NCBI RefSeq assembly: GCF_009914755.1
Contig: NC_060925.1
Length of the DNA stretch: 64,000 nt
Source of the DNA: the human T2T-CHM13v2.0 reference genome, Homo sapiens
Direction: 5' to 3' (one strand)
The position numbers were made by a program, and so were the translations under genes. Of this stretch, positions 31,284 to 47,133 are shown one piece after another (position 1 is the first letter of the stretch; each line of letters opens with the position of its first letter). A model generated the notes under the pieces. It saw nothing but the letters and a program-made list of their open reading frames with translations, searched no databases and was not told the origin of the DNA.

Positions 31284-31426
31284 CAGGTAAACAAGTAATT
31301 TTTTAATGTAGGTATGTCCCATGCAATGTTTGGAAAATACCGATACTAAAACATTATTTGTAATTGATCTGAAATTGAAATGTAACTGGACATCTGGTAT
31401 TATTATTTGCTAAATCCAGCAACCCT
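31284..31426. mobile_element. MER53 palindromic MITE (left end truncated)
   Basis: gtatgtcccatgcaat centre and atttgctaaatccagcaaccc terminus. Confidence 0.75.
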
Positions 31427-31914
31427 AAGCAACAAGGACTCTGCAACCCAGCCCCCAGACTATAGGCCATTTGTGAGCTTGAGTCTCCAGGGGCGGCAGA
31501 CAGGGCTGCAGCTGCTACGCCTGCCCAGCCCTTCCCCTCTGCTCCCCTCCCAGAAAGATGCATAAATGCCCGGGGTGGCCTAGGCAATTAAGGCGAATTG
31601 TCTTCTGGGCAGTCCTGCATACCTGCAGAGGACTGTAACTACAGAGGTGTGCACAGGAGTTTCTGGGCCAAGAACAAGACCTCAGGGCTTTCTCCTCCCA
31701 TTCTCCCCTCCCCACCTCCTACCCCACATGTTTAAGGTGCCTTGAGTCCCCAGATGATCACACACTCTAGCCAGCTATACATATCGGTACACACTACAAT
31801 CAGGCAACTGCTGCATGTGAGAGCCCCTGCCATAGGTAACAGGCACCATGGTCCAGACATATAAATAGAAGGTGAAGCTCCTGCCAGTAAGCATGGCAAC
31901 CTGGAATTGGGGTG

Positions 31915-32634
<720 letters not shown>

Positions 32635-34632
32635 TCAGGCTGGCTCCACTCTCTCTCTCCCGACACCTCCCATCAGGTGGGGACCTGCAGCCCATTCCCA
32701 GGTGGGGGTCTGCACAAGGACAAGTTTGGGATGAAGCCTCAGGTCACCTGGCTTCCTGGATCTATAAACTGTCATCTAAGTGACAGGCTTGGCTCAGGAA
32801 AGCCGCTCGGTGCCAACCAGCTTGAGAGCCTAGCTCCCGGGGGCAGGCCACCGCACAGAGAACACACACGCTTTCCTAACAGCCTTGCTGGGGAAATTTG
32901 GCCACTGGCTGCAAAACCTCACTGGAAGTAAAAAATAGGAGTGTCAGATCCTGTAGCTGAATGAAAGAAATTTGGACCAGCCAGGGTTAAGGAAGACAGA
33001 CTTTCTGCTCTCCAGAGTCTGCCTGTGCTCTCAGGACAGGCCTCGGTGTGGCAGCACGTGAACCAGTGGCAGGCTGTTTTTCTTTCTTTCCATGTTCCCA
33101 GCCCCTGGCACATGGTAGGTGCTCAGAAAGTGCTAAGGACTTCCTAAATGCAAACCTACACAGCCTAGCCCGTGCAGCAGGGAACGGAGATCACCGGGCA
33201 CTCGGGAGCCATCCACTCGGTGGTGGGCGATTTGAGCCGCTGTCTTCAGGACCAAGACCAGGCATCAGGGACCCCAGATTGTGGAGCAGACAACAACGCC
33301 GGCTGACCTCGGACGACGTCTCGTCCCGTATTCTATGTCTCGTGTCCTCTGTGAAATGGAAGAGCCTCCATCCCTAAGGGGACAGAGTTTTGGGCTTGGT
33401 GAACGGAGCCTGGTGCGAAGCAGGAAGGAAGCCCCTTGGCTCCCACCTGCCAGCTACTCCGGGGCACTCCCCCGACCTTCTGGCCATCTCCATTGCTCAG
33501 AGCCCCACTGTGGGAGGTCTGAGCTCTCAGAGGCTGCAGTGAAGAGTGACAAGGATGACGCCCCCACCAACCCCATCAGGGTTCCTGGGGGTGCGGATGA
33601 CATGTGGGCCACCTGGGCTTGTCTTTAGCGTTTTGGGGAGATGAATAGTTTGAGTGACTGTCTGCTTGCACCTGCCTCAGGACAGAGTAGTGAGAGGTAG
33701 GAGGAAGGCGTAGAGGGGAAGGGAGCTTCAGAGGTAACCCCCAACTGAACCGAGAGTGCACAGGTGGTCATCCTGCACCCAGTCCTCCTGTCAACACCAG
33801 TAAGTGGGCGGTCCCCTCCCTGGGCAGGGCAAGACCCCTGGGCCTGAGGGAGGTGGGAACGAGTGCAGGTGGCGGGGGTAAACATCTCTGCAGGAGGCAG
33901 AGCCTGTGAGCCAGTGCCTCCGGCCAGCCCCTACTGCCGGGTGTAACGGGTGTGAAGGGAGACATGTGGACCGGCACCTTGTTCCGGTCACTTCCACTCT
34001 GAGCTTTTCCCGCCCATCACACCAAACTGCTGGTGGTGCCCCCGCCCTGCACTGCCGCCGCCTGAGGCCCTATCCAAGCCATCTCTGATAGAGCTGAGCC
34101 TCGAGGGGCAGGACTCCCCTAAAAACATCCCCTGTCTTCAGCAGGGGTCCAGGGACCTAGACAGGTGGGGGACCACCCGTTGTTACGGAGTGACTGGGAG
34201 GGCCACCCGAGGAGAGCCAAGCAGGGGACCACCCCTCCCGGCATGGGCAGACCTAGCAGGGCAGCCCCGGGACTTGGGGCATGAGATCCGACTTCCTGAG
34301 GCTCCACTCCTGGCGGGGGGCAGGCCAGGCCACCGTGGCTCTCCAAGGAAGGCGCACTGCCTAGCTGCGTGGAGCGTGGTTGGCCTCCAGCTGTTGGCTT
34401 CCTCAGGGTCAGCATCCTCTCTGCCTCTCCAGGAGTCTGAGCTAGGTGAGGATACAAGGGCCTGACTATTCCACCCCTCAAGGGCTCCTCTGATGGGCAG
34501 CACTGGCTCTGCATGCCCACTGGGCTGCCAGAGATGAGTGTGGCAGATCCACATCGCAGCTTACCCACCCCTCCTGCACTCTCTTGCAGCTTCTCTTTTC
34601 TTCATGGGTGTTGCTCCCTCATAAATAAATAA

Positions 34633-34793
<161 letters not shown>

Positions 34794-36174
34794 TGAGAGG
34801 TGACAGCGTGCTGGCAGTCCTCAGAGCCCTCGCTTGCTCGTGGCACCTCCTCTGCCTGGGCTCCCACTTTGGCGGCATTTGAGGAGCCCTTCAGCCCACC
34901 TCTGCACTGTGGGAGCCCCTTTCTGGGCTGGCCAAGTCTGGAGCCCACTCCCTCAGTTTGCAGGGAGGTGTGGAGGGAGAGGCGCAAGCGGGAACCGGGG
35001 CTGCGTGCGGCGCTTGCGGGCCAGCTGGAGTTCCGGGTGGGCGTGGGCTTGGCGAGCCCCGCACTCCACTCGGAGCAGCCGGCCAGCCCTGCCGGCCCCG
35101 GGCAATGAAGGACTTAGCACCCGAGCCAGTGGCTGCGGAGGGTGTACTGGGTCCCCCAGCAGTGCCAGCCCACCAGCGCTGCGCTCGATTTCTCGCCAGG
35201 CCTTAGCTGCCTTCCCGCGGGGCAGGGCTCGGGACCTGCAGCCCGCCATGCCTGAGCCTCCCACCCCCTCCATGGGCTCCTATGCGGCCCGAGCCTCCCC
35301 GAGGAGCACCACCCCCTGCTCCACGGCACCCAGTCCCATCGACCACCCAAGGGCTGAGGAGTGCGAGCGCACGGCGAGGGACTGGCAGGCAGCTCCACCT
35401 GCAGCCCCGGTGCGGGATCCACTAGGTGAAGCCAGCTGGGCTCCTGAGTCTGGTGGGGATGTGGAGAGTCTTTATGTCTAGCTCAGGGATTGTAAATACA
35501 CCAATCATCACCCTGTGTTTAGCTCAGGGGGCACCAATCAACACTCTGTATATAGCTGCTCTGGTGGGGCCTTGGAGAACCTTTGTGTGGATACTCTGTA
35601 TCTAACTAAGGGGACGTGGAGAACCTTTGTATCTAGCTCAGGGATTATAAATGCACCAGTCAGCACCCTGTCAAAACAGGCCACTAGGCTCTACCAATCA
35701 GCAGGATGTAGGTGGGGCCAGATAAGAGAATAAAAGCAGGCTGCCAGAACCAGCAGTAGCAACCCGCTCGGGTCTCCTTCCACACTGTGGAAGCTTTGTT
35801 CTTTGGCTCTTTGCAATAAATCTTGCTACTGCACACTCTTTAGGTCCACGCTGCTTTTATGAGCTGTAACACTCACCGGGAAGATCTGCAGCTTCACTCC
35901 TCAGCCCAGCAAGACCACGAGCCCACCGGGAGGAACGAACAACTCCAGAGGCGCTGCCTTAAGAGCTGTAACACTCACCGCGAAGGTCTGCAGCTTCACT
36001 CCTGAGCCAGCGAGACCACGAACCCATCAGAAGGAAGAAACTCCGAACGCATCTTAACATCAGAAAGGACAGACTCCAGACGCACCACCTTAAGAGCTGT
36101 TAACACTCACCGCGAGAGTCCGCGGCTTCATTCTTGAAGTCAGTGAGACCAAGAACCCACCAATTCCGGACACA
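34794..36174 (+). mobile_element. LTR12C (HERV9) solo LTR
   Basis: TGAGAGGTGACAGCGTGCTGGCAG...CCAATTCCGGACACA; 4-bp TSD CTGG; CpG-rich U3, CCAAT repeats, GATAAGAGAATAAAAG core. Confidence 0.96.
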
Positions 36175-36479
36175 CTGGGACAACAGGTGTGCACCACCAC
36201 ACCTGGCTAATTTTTGTATTTTTTGTAGAGACAAGGTCTTGCCATGTTGCCCAGGCTGGTCTCAAATTTTCCTGGACTTAAGCGATTTGCTTGCCTTGGC
36301 CTCTCCAAGTGCTGGGATTACAAGTGCGAGCCACCATGCCCAGCTAATTTTTGTATTTTTTGTAGAGACAAGGTCTTGCCACATTGCCCAGGCCGGTCTC
36401 AAACTCCTGGTCTTAAGCAATCCACTCACCCTGGCCTCCCCAAGTGCCGGGATTACAGGCGTGAGCCACCGTGCCTGGC
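36175..36479 (-). mobile_element. Remainder of the split Alu, with a duplicated left monomer
   Basis: Two successive left arms, both carrying tgtagagacaaggtcttgcca. Confidence 0.88.
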
Positions 36480-37339
36480 TCCCAATAAATCTTTTGCTCT
36501 CCTAACTCTGACTCAGGGTTGGCCTCCTGGAGAATCCCGCCTGTGGCACTGTCTTCTACACTCCTGTCCATCCGTTTCCACCTCACAGGTGGTATCCATG
36601 CCTCTGACCCAACACTGCAGCAGGGCTGAGCCAGAACCCTGTGCCGCGCCCACCTTCCCGAAGCGCTCTGACCTCATGATTCCCCTCCTGCCCAGTGAAG
36701 AGACGAGACAGCCTCGTGCCCACTCCACAGCACTGGCCATGCATGCCTCCTGCCTCGTTCCTAATGATTAGTACCTGTGTCTCCTAAAGAGGCTGTGAGC
36801 ACCTTAAAGGGCCTTCCCATAATTATTCTAATTCTTCCAGACCAGTCAGCAAGTGGCCAGCCCGGCACTCTCTAGGCCCCTGGTGAGTAGGATGTCCACT
36901 TCATGAGGATGCTTCCTCCTCCGGAGGACAGCCCTGGCCAGTGGAATGTTCTGGATTGAAGAAACCTGCCACCCCATTCTTTCCATTGTTCCTCATACGA
37001 CTGGATTTGGAGTCCCCCACCACTCTCACCACGCAACCTGAACATGTTGTAGTTTGCTGATGAACTTCAAAAGTGGGGTACCCAGGGCTCAACACAGCTC
37101 CCTGGAACCAGCCGACCAGCTGAGCGGAGAAAAAAGGCTCTGTGGACACATTTGTTGACATAACCAAAGGTCATATTCGTTACCCTGGACTTCATGCAGA
37201 CTCTTCAGTCAGAATACCTGCATTCGTGTATTTTCTCAGTCAGCTTCGCCTCGGATGCATTACTTCACTTCTGTGCCTCCGTCTCTCAGCTGTGAAATAG
37301 GATCCTACCAGTACCCTCCAATCCCAAACTGAGAGGCCG

Positions 37340-37615
37340 GGAAAAGGCAAGGACGCCCGTCGGCCGGCAGAGGGCGCTGCGCACCCGCGTTGGACGGGGC
37401 GCGCTGCCGAGCATGACCGCCAGGGGTCGCTCGAGCGCCACCGTCCAGGCCCTGGGCCCCGGCAGAACCCGGCTGGCCTTAGGCGCCCAGCGGACCTGCA
37501 CGCCTGGGGCCTTGGGACGTGCCGCCTTTCCCTGCTCCACACTCTCCCCGCTCCCTTGGGAGGATCCGAGTGGTTGCCTGCAAATCCCCACACCAGCCCG
37601 GCTGCGGTGGACGAG
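37340..37615. promoter_or_regulatory. Small CpG-rich patch with two same-orientation CTCF-like motifs
   Basis: GGCCGGCAGAGGGCGCTG 37362-37379 and TGACCGCCAGGGGTCGCT 37414-37431; dense CpG in non-repeat DNA. Confidence 0.65.
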
Positions 37616-38005
37616 GGCAGGTGGGCAGGCTGGGTGAGATTGGTGGGAGGGTGTAAGCAGTGATGCCAGCCTTGGAAAGGATGGAAATGACACCGCACAG
37701 AGTACAGCAGACCCACCACCTCCAAGGACTCGATGGGGTCGAGGCCAGCTCCTCTCCCCAGCAGTGTCTTCTCATCAGCTGCTCCTGAGGCCTGTCCTGG
37801 CCCAGGACCTCATGTGCTCCTCCTGGCCAGGTGCCTGTACCATCCACCCTGCCCGGGGCGCCCTCTGCTCCATTAAATGCCCCGCCCGGGAGCCTGCGAA
37901 CTCCCAGGACTGCCCCTCCATGGAGGGTCAAGGAAGCAGTCTGGCTTTGGCGGGAACTGCAGAACAAACAGACGGATCCAGAGCCGATGTTAGAATTCTC
38001 CTCCT

Positions 38006-38300
<295 letters not shown>

Positions 38301-38491
38301 AATTCTCCTTCCCCTTGGTGAGGAAATGGAGATGACACCTCTTTCTGGCCAGATGGGAAATGGCAGTAAATGGTCACAGTTCCCCTTCCTCTTGGTGGCC
38401 AAGGAAGCATTCTGATTGGGCCTAAAGTCGAGGAAACTCCCATTTCCAAAGTGCCTGCTGGGTCCTTGTCAGCCAAGGGAAGACCATCACA

Positions 38492-39138
38492 TATCCATGA
38501 AGGTTCATTTTCAGTGTCGACTTGGCCATGGGATGCCCAGGCATTTGGTCAGACATGATTCTGGCATGGCTGTGAGGGTGTTTCTGGATGCAATTTGCCT
38601 TTGAATGGGCAGACGGAGAACAGCAGAACGTCCTCCCTGGTGTGGGTGGGCCTCGTCCAATCAGTTGAAGGCTTGCTAGAGCAAAAAGGCTGACGCTCCC
38701 ACAGGTAGAAGGACATTACCTGCCTGACTGCTTGCGCTGGGACATCATTTTTTCTTGCCTTCAGACTTGCACTGAGACTTCAGCTCGTCTCACATCTTGA
38801 GCCTGCTGGTTTTTGGACTGGAGCTACACCATTGGCTGTCCAGGTCTTCAGCTTGCCAACTCACACTGCAGCCTCCATCATCAAGTGAGTCAATTCCTTA
38901 TCACAAGTGTGTGTGTGTGTCTGAATATACTTGTATGTATATGTCTGAATGTTTATTTTCCCCCAAAGTTCACATGTTGAAATCCTAACTCCCAAGGTGA
39001 TGGTGTGCATAAGTGGGGCCTCTAGGAGGTGAGGTCGTGAGGGTAAAGCCCACATGAATGGGATTAGTGCTGTTATGAAAAACATATGCACACCACATCC
39101 TCTTCGTTCTGCTTCTCTGGAAAGTCCAGACTAATCCA
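38492..39138 (+). mobile_element. Old MLT2 (ERVL) LTR with an internal MLT1A-like fragment (~38945-39085)
   Basis: gtgtcgacttggc...atttggtcagacat...ctgtgagggtgtttctggatg; ends ttctgcttctctgga...actaatcca. Confidence 0.7.
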
Positions 39139-39159
39139 AACCAAAAGAGCAACATGAGG

Positions 39160-39558
<399 letters not shown>

Positions 39559-39709
39559 CTAAATGGGAATTTTCCATTCCCATTCCCTAATTTCTGTGCT
39601 CCGACAGTACTCTCTGCCTGGGGCGCCCTTCACCATTCACCCCCAGGGTTGCACTCAGATGCTACCTCCCGCATGAAGTCTTCCTCTGCACTCCCACACA
39701 CCCTGCTTG

Positions 39710-40140
39710 TGTCTATTAGGAATCCTTCTGGCTGCAAGCAACAGAACCTCTGACTAGCAGTGACTTAAACAAAGAGTGGTTTATTTTTCCTTAAATAAGC
39801 ATGGGGGTAGGTGGTTGCCGACATGAGTGTGGTGGCTCAGAGATGCCAGGTTTGGCTCTCTCAGATTCTTGACCTTCCCCTCATGATTACAAGATGGCTG
39901 CAGTTGCCCAGAGCATCATACACTCCCATCAAGTCCAAGGAAGAGAAGTGAGGGAGTGGAGCAGGGGAGAGCTTTCTCATTTGCCTTCCTCTTATCTGGG
40001 AGAAAAAAAACCTTCCCAGGAGCTTCCAACAGATGTGCCCAAAACTAGGCCACAAGGCCCCCCTCACAGACCGAGGATGGATCTGCATTCCTGAGATCAA
40101 GGGAGCTCCACTGAGGCCTACACGAAATGGGGTTCTGGCA
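39710..40140. mobile_element. Old MaLR LTR (MLT1J/K-like)
   Basis: ggctgcaagcaacagaa...gacttaaacaa...caagatggctgc. Confidence 0.6.
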
Positions 40141-40813
40141 GCAGGGAAGAAGGGAAGGGGAGGCTTTTGAGGAGGCAGCTTCTCCCACATTGCCAGCTGT
40201 CCCTTTCCTATCTCCCGCTGTAGATCACAGGGCTGACCATAAAAGGCACTTAAAACATTCAGACTTCATTTTGATTACAGTCTGTGAGCCTCAAAAGGCC
40301 TTGAGCAGGAAGAGGCGTGTTCTGACATGCGGTTCACATGGCTCCCTCCGGCCACAGTGGGCTGTATGCAGGGCGAGAGAGGAGGAAGCGGGAGGCTGCT
40401 GCGGAGGTTCAGTGACAGGTGGAGGGAGGTTGACAGGACTTGGCAGCAAGGCTGGAAACAAGTGGAGCTCCGGGAGGACCATGCGGGAGGCAGATCCACG
40501 GGGCCCACTCACTTATGGGCAGGGGAGCCCAGGAGAGAGTAAAAACTGCCTGGGGATTAGAACAGAGGAGGAGTGTCAAGAGTTTGGTTTGGGTCATCTC
40601 GGATTTGAAATGCTGCAGGGCTGTCCTGGAGTCTTGTCCCCAGTGGGCAGGACAGTGGCTCTGGTGCTCAGGAGAGAGGACAGGGCTGAGACACTCCTTG
40701 GAGTCACTGGTGTGTTGATGGAGAAAAGGCAAGAGAAGACACGGGAGAGGACAGGCTTTCCCAGGGAGGCTGAGAGGTGGGTGAGGAACAAAGCCTTCAA
40801 AAGCACGGATAGC

Positions 40814-41108
<295 letters not shown>

Positions 41109-41545
41109 GCACCAATAGTGGGTGACAGCTCCAACAAGGAGACTGAGAAGGAGGCCCCCCAAAAAGAGAGGAGATGGCAGGGCAGGACAGCTCCCAAGCA
41201 AAGGGCTGACACAGCTTGGACTTTATAACTCACAGCGTTCTCATTCCTCTAATTCTGGTCTCCAAGAACCTACAGTAAATCCAAAATTTACTGAACTTCA
41301 CTGTAAGTTCAGCTCTATGGATAGAACTTAGCTCTAAAAGGAAATATTTCAGCTGCTTCTCCTGAACCACAGTAGTCAGTGTGGTACACGCTTGAGCCTT
41401 TTAAACAGTCAGTCTTTGGAGAGAAGAAACTAATCTCAATATCTACCTTCTTTCAGTGTTGTAAGAACCGTCCCCAGTTCCTTAGGTTCCTCAACTGAGA
41501 CTATTTCACAAATCTTTTATATACACAAGCCAACAGACACAGCTA

Positions 41546-42500
<955 letters not shown>

Positions 42501-43006
42501 GAAGTATAAACATATTTATTACTGCCTACCAGACCATGGATCCAAGGTTTAGCACAGAGGCGTTGATGCACATCAGTGTGGCTTTCCAGAACTCCACTTT
42601 CCCTAGCCTTGCTTTGGGGTGAAGATGAGGCCCTGGGGTGCCTGCCTCATAGCCACATCCACTGCTCCTTGCTGGGCAGCAAGGAGCTCAGGCAAGCAGG
42701 CTGGGTCCTGAGGTACGCGTGGTAATTCGTCTGAACCGATTAAGGGAATCTCTCCTCTTTGCAGATGAAGAGTAGTGGGATGGGGCCAGCTCTGCCTGAG
42801 ATCTGAAAGTCACCAGGGGCCACAGAAAAGTTTCCTGCCTGAGAAGAACGGAAGGGATGCACAAGGAGGAAACCTCCTCCCGGGAGCTGAGGCAGTGACA
42901 GTGGCCCTGAGGAAAGGCAGGAACCTAGCGGTGGCATCCAAAACTGTGGAATTAACCAACCCGGGCCCTCGTACCTCAGGGTTGAGAGTCACGTGTGCTA
43001 ATAAAC

Positions 43007-43522
43007 CTGTAGGGTAAGACCTAAAATTCAAACCCAACACTATGTGCTGCCTTGATCTCTGCTCCAGTCGGAAGGGCCAGGTGTGACCGAGCTGCAAGTT
43101 CCCCTCCTCACTCTTTTCTCTCAGATAAGGCCCCCCAGCCAAACATCCCTCCTTACCCAGGGGACCAGGCAGGGCTCCTGCTCACCCACCAGCTGTGGGT
43201 TTCACTTCCTTACCAGCCTGTGGAATTACTTAAACAAGTCAATCATATTCTCCGGTGGGAACCAGGGGTCACCACACCCTCTTGCTACTACCACCAAGCC
43301 TGCCTCCCACAGCCCCTGCTGGCTCCCTCTGTTCCTGAGTGCAGTTCCCATGGGGCCCTGTGTGGGGCACTGTCCTCCTCCCCTGAGCTGTGAGTTCAGG
43401 TTACTAATAACCTGCTGTCAATCGCACCTGTCCAGTATCAGGTGCTGTGTGTTTGGCCATTGCTACAATCCCAGGGCAGGAATCCTTCTCTCATTAACAG
43501 GTGAATAGGAGGAAATTAAAAC
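43007..43522 (+). mobile_element. ERVL-type solo LTR (MER54/MER88-like)
   Basis: tgtgctgccttga...gcaagttcccctcc...gataaggccccc...gtgaataggagg; subfamily uncertain. Confidence 0.55.
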
Positions 43523-45398
43523 TGTTATTTACATAAGCTGCTTTAAGTCAGGTGTTATTTATGGCTGGACGCAACGTGTCATCTAAGCCCAGGTGCTCCT
43601 GTAATACCAGTTACTCCTACCCTGAATGTCTCCCACTTGTACTCGCTTGACACGGACTCAGGAAAGCATCAAGCCAGTGGGTTTATTTCCTGCACCCATA
43701 GCGTGACAGATCACAGAACCTGATCACCGTGTGGCACATCCATGAATCCAGGTAGCACTGGCACGGCTACTCTCAACAACTGTCCAGGAAATGAGAGGCC
43801 GTTCTGTTTCCTAAAGGGGCCAATATATTATTTTTATTTTCCCTCTGGAATACTTAAAAACAATTTGTATTGGTGGTTTTTTAAAGGGTTATATTTTCTA
43901 CATTCTAAATGTGCAGAAGAACGTGCTTTCTGGCAGACAGGGAGTATGTCACACATTTTTATGTCTTCTGTGCCAGAACCTTAAAATCGTTTTCTTTTTA
44001 AAATCAGACTAAAACGTTCATTAGGACCTCTGAAGCTCCCTAGAAACCATGCAGTCTAATGTGGCATGTGCCGGGATTTCAGAGGACAGAGCAAAATGTT
44101 TCCAATTCTTTCCCAACCTCTCCAGCTCACCTCCTGTCTTGCCTCCACCCCACGGCTCATCTTCCAACCTTGCCCATTTACGGGGCCTGTTGCAGAACAG
44201 CCCATGCACTCTCACACCTGCAAACTGCTCGTTGCTCTGCCAGAAATACCTTTGCCCCTCTGATGCCCAAGAACACCTGCTCATTCTTAACAGCTCGTCT
44301 GTTAATTCCAGGTGAATTGACTTCTCCATCACCACCAAGCAGCTGACATTATTTCCCCATCTGTTTGTATATCATTCTGTATAATTTATTACACTCACAT
44401 TGTAATTTTTGTTTTGTAAACCAATTTAAGCCAAATTGTTCACTGATCTACTTGTCTGCCTCCCCCTAAACACACATGGACTTAGGGACCAGGGCTCTAT
44501 TTTAGAGGCAAGTAAATGCTTCTCCCTCTCCCTTGCCTTACAATTCTAGGGAAAGAAGTGTCATTCCATTCGTATCTGGGTGTTGAGGCCCTTGTGTATT
44601 TGTGATGGGGTTTATTATGGGAAGAGAACGTTAAGCTGATCTACCATCTTGGGTAAAATCTTTTCAAGCTCATTCACATAATTTACAAATTACTTGGAAC
44701 TGGCTCCTGTCTGAATTCCAATTACCCTCCATCCTCCCCACACTTACAGCTTTCTCTAAGTGAGATTTGGCAGGGCAGGGGGACCGGCGGGGGAATGAGG
44801 CACCAACTCTGACCAGCTGCCTCTTTGAGCCGTCGCTGTCTGGCAGGGCTGGAGCTAATGATTTCTATGGTTACCCCAAATTATGAACTCTGATCGTTCT
44901 GCGATCCTTGGCCCTTTGACATGCCCCTTTTATAATCATGCTTTTTGAGTTTACAGTTCCAGCCCCATCCTTGCTGTTCAGTACCCACTCCTGCTACGTT
45001 AATCCACGAGGATTCCGGAAAGCAGCTCTGAAATTTGGAATTCCAACAATGCCTGCATTTGCTCATTTGGAGGCATTTCAAGCAGCTATTTTTATTCTTT
45101 GTTCACATCACCAGGTTTCAAGAAAGCACCCGAGACACTGTGCCATTAAGTGTTGAGTCAGGACAGGAGATCTGCAAGGCAAAAACAAATTCCCCTTCCA
45201 TTTCCACCTGCTGTGCACACTCCCAGCTTCTGGACCCTTGCTGACCTACGCGTCTCAACATTTACAAGATAATCTGACACATGGGATTGATATCATGTGG
45301 AAGAAGTCTTTTCCCTTCTTTTGAAAACTTAGGAGAGCTAGAGAGCTTTGGGACTTGAACAGCTCCCAGTTAAGTTATAATAATAATAAATAATCTTT

Positions 45399-45873
<475 letters not shown>

Positions 45874-46529
45874 ACTTTTTTCATACTGACAAAAATTACT
45901 GGTACTTAACACTGGAGATTTGTATCTAACCATCCACTTCATGCCCCAGATTACTAGACAGAAAGTGGAATCATCTCCTTTAATCAAGCAAATTCCCGTC
46001 TCATAATGGGGCTGTGGGAATTTCTCTAGAGGACATCATTTAGGGAAAAACAAAGAAGGCAGCCACTTCCTTGGCCTTTGGGTATGTGCTCTTGCTTCTT
46101 GTGCCCTGAGAGTGAGACCCCTTTATAATCTGCAGCTCAGGAAAGAAATGTCTGCTCCATCAATTGACAACTTGTTAGGAAGCAATGCTAAATGAACGAA
46201 AAAATTAATTTCATTGAGTATAAACTCACCTTATTGGAGGAAATAGGCCTTATCTTCTAGGTAAATGCTTGCAATAAATGTAGACATGAATAATATCGTT
46301 GTTAAGAGGGAAGGAAAGTTGTATTCGAAACTTAATTCCACGTTTCAGGGAAACAGAATGAGACCGCAGTTAGTTAGCTGTCCAAGGCAGGTTCGGTTCT
46401 TTCGTTGGATTGTTCCCTGTGCTGCCCGTGGGGCCATTCACAGAAGGGAGCTACGACGGAGGGAGGCTCGCAGCCCCGCCAGCTGACATGCCCATAAATG
46501 GCTCCAGCACTGCTAGGCACGTTTAGAAG

Positions 46530-47005
46530 TGGGTCAGGATCTACTGAAGCTGAACGCAGGCATACGCTGTGACCCACCAACGCTATTCCTAGTCACACAC
46601 CCAGAAGAAACACATCCATATGTTCACCAAAGACACATGCTAGAATATTCATAGCAGGACTACCCATAATAGCCCTAAGCTGGGAACTACGATATCACGA
46701 GGACAGACAATCCACCACTACACACACTACGGATGATCTCACATGCAATATTGGGAGAAAGGAACCAAGCACAAAATAGCAGGATTCCTTCACATCAAGC
46801 ACAAACACAGCAACCTCGGGGGTCAGAAGTCAGGAGAGGGGTGATGCTGGGAGGGAGTGGCTGGAAGGAAACACGAGGGGGCTTCTGGGTCTTGACGTCT
46901 TTTCTCGCTTTGGGTGCTGTGCAAATGGGTGTAGTTTGTCAAGATAGTGAGCTGTATGCATACGTACACTTTTCTGTCCATATGTTTTACTTCAATAAAG
47001 TTTTT
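46530..47005 (+). mobile_element. L1ME-like 3' fragment
   Basis: ttcaccaaagacacatgctagaatattcatagcag...acttcaataaa. Confidence 0.65.
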
Positions 47006-47009
47006 TTAA

Positions 47010-47133
47010 GGCTGAGCATGGTGGCTCATACCTGTAATCCCTGCATTTTGGGAGGCTGAGGTGGGAGGATTGAGCCCAGGAGTGAGACCAGCCCGGGCAA
47101 CATGGCCAGACCCCATCTCTAAAATTAAAAAAA
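47010..47133 (+). mobile_element. Alu monomer (FLAM_C-like)
   Basis: Single arm with short A tail. Confidence 0.85.

Noticed and set aside
34834-35481. 215-aa ORF and neighbours
   Set aside because: Chance frames of the GC-rich LTR12C U3
35860-36130. Three spaced repeats (gagctgtaacactcaccg) resembling an array
   Set aside because: Normal internal repeats of LTR12; not CRISPR-like, and the DNA is eukaryotic
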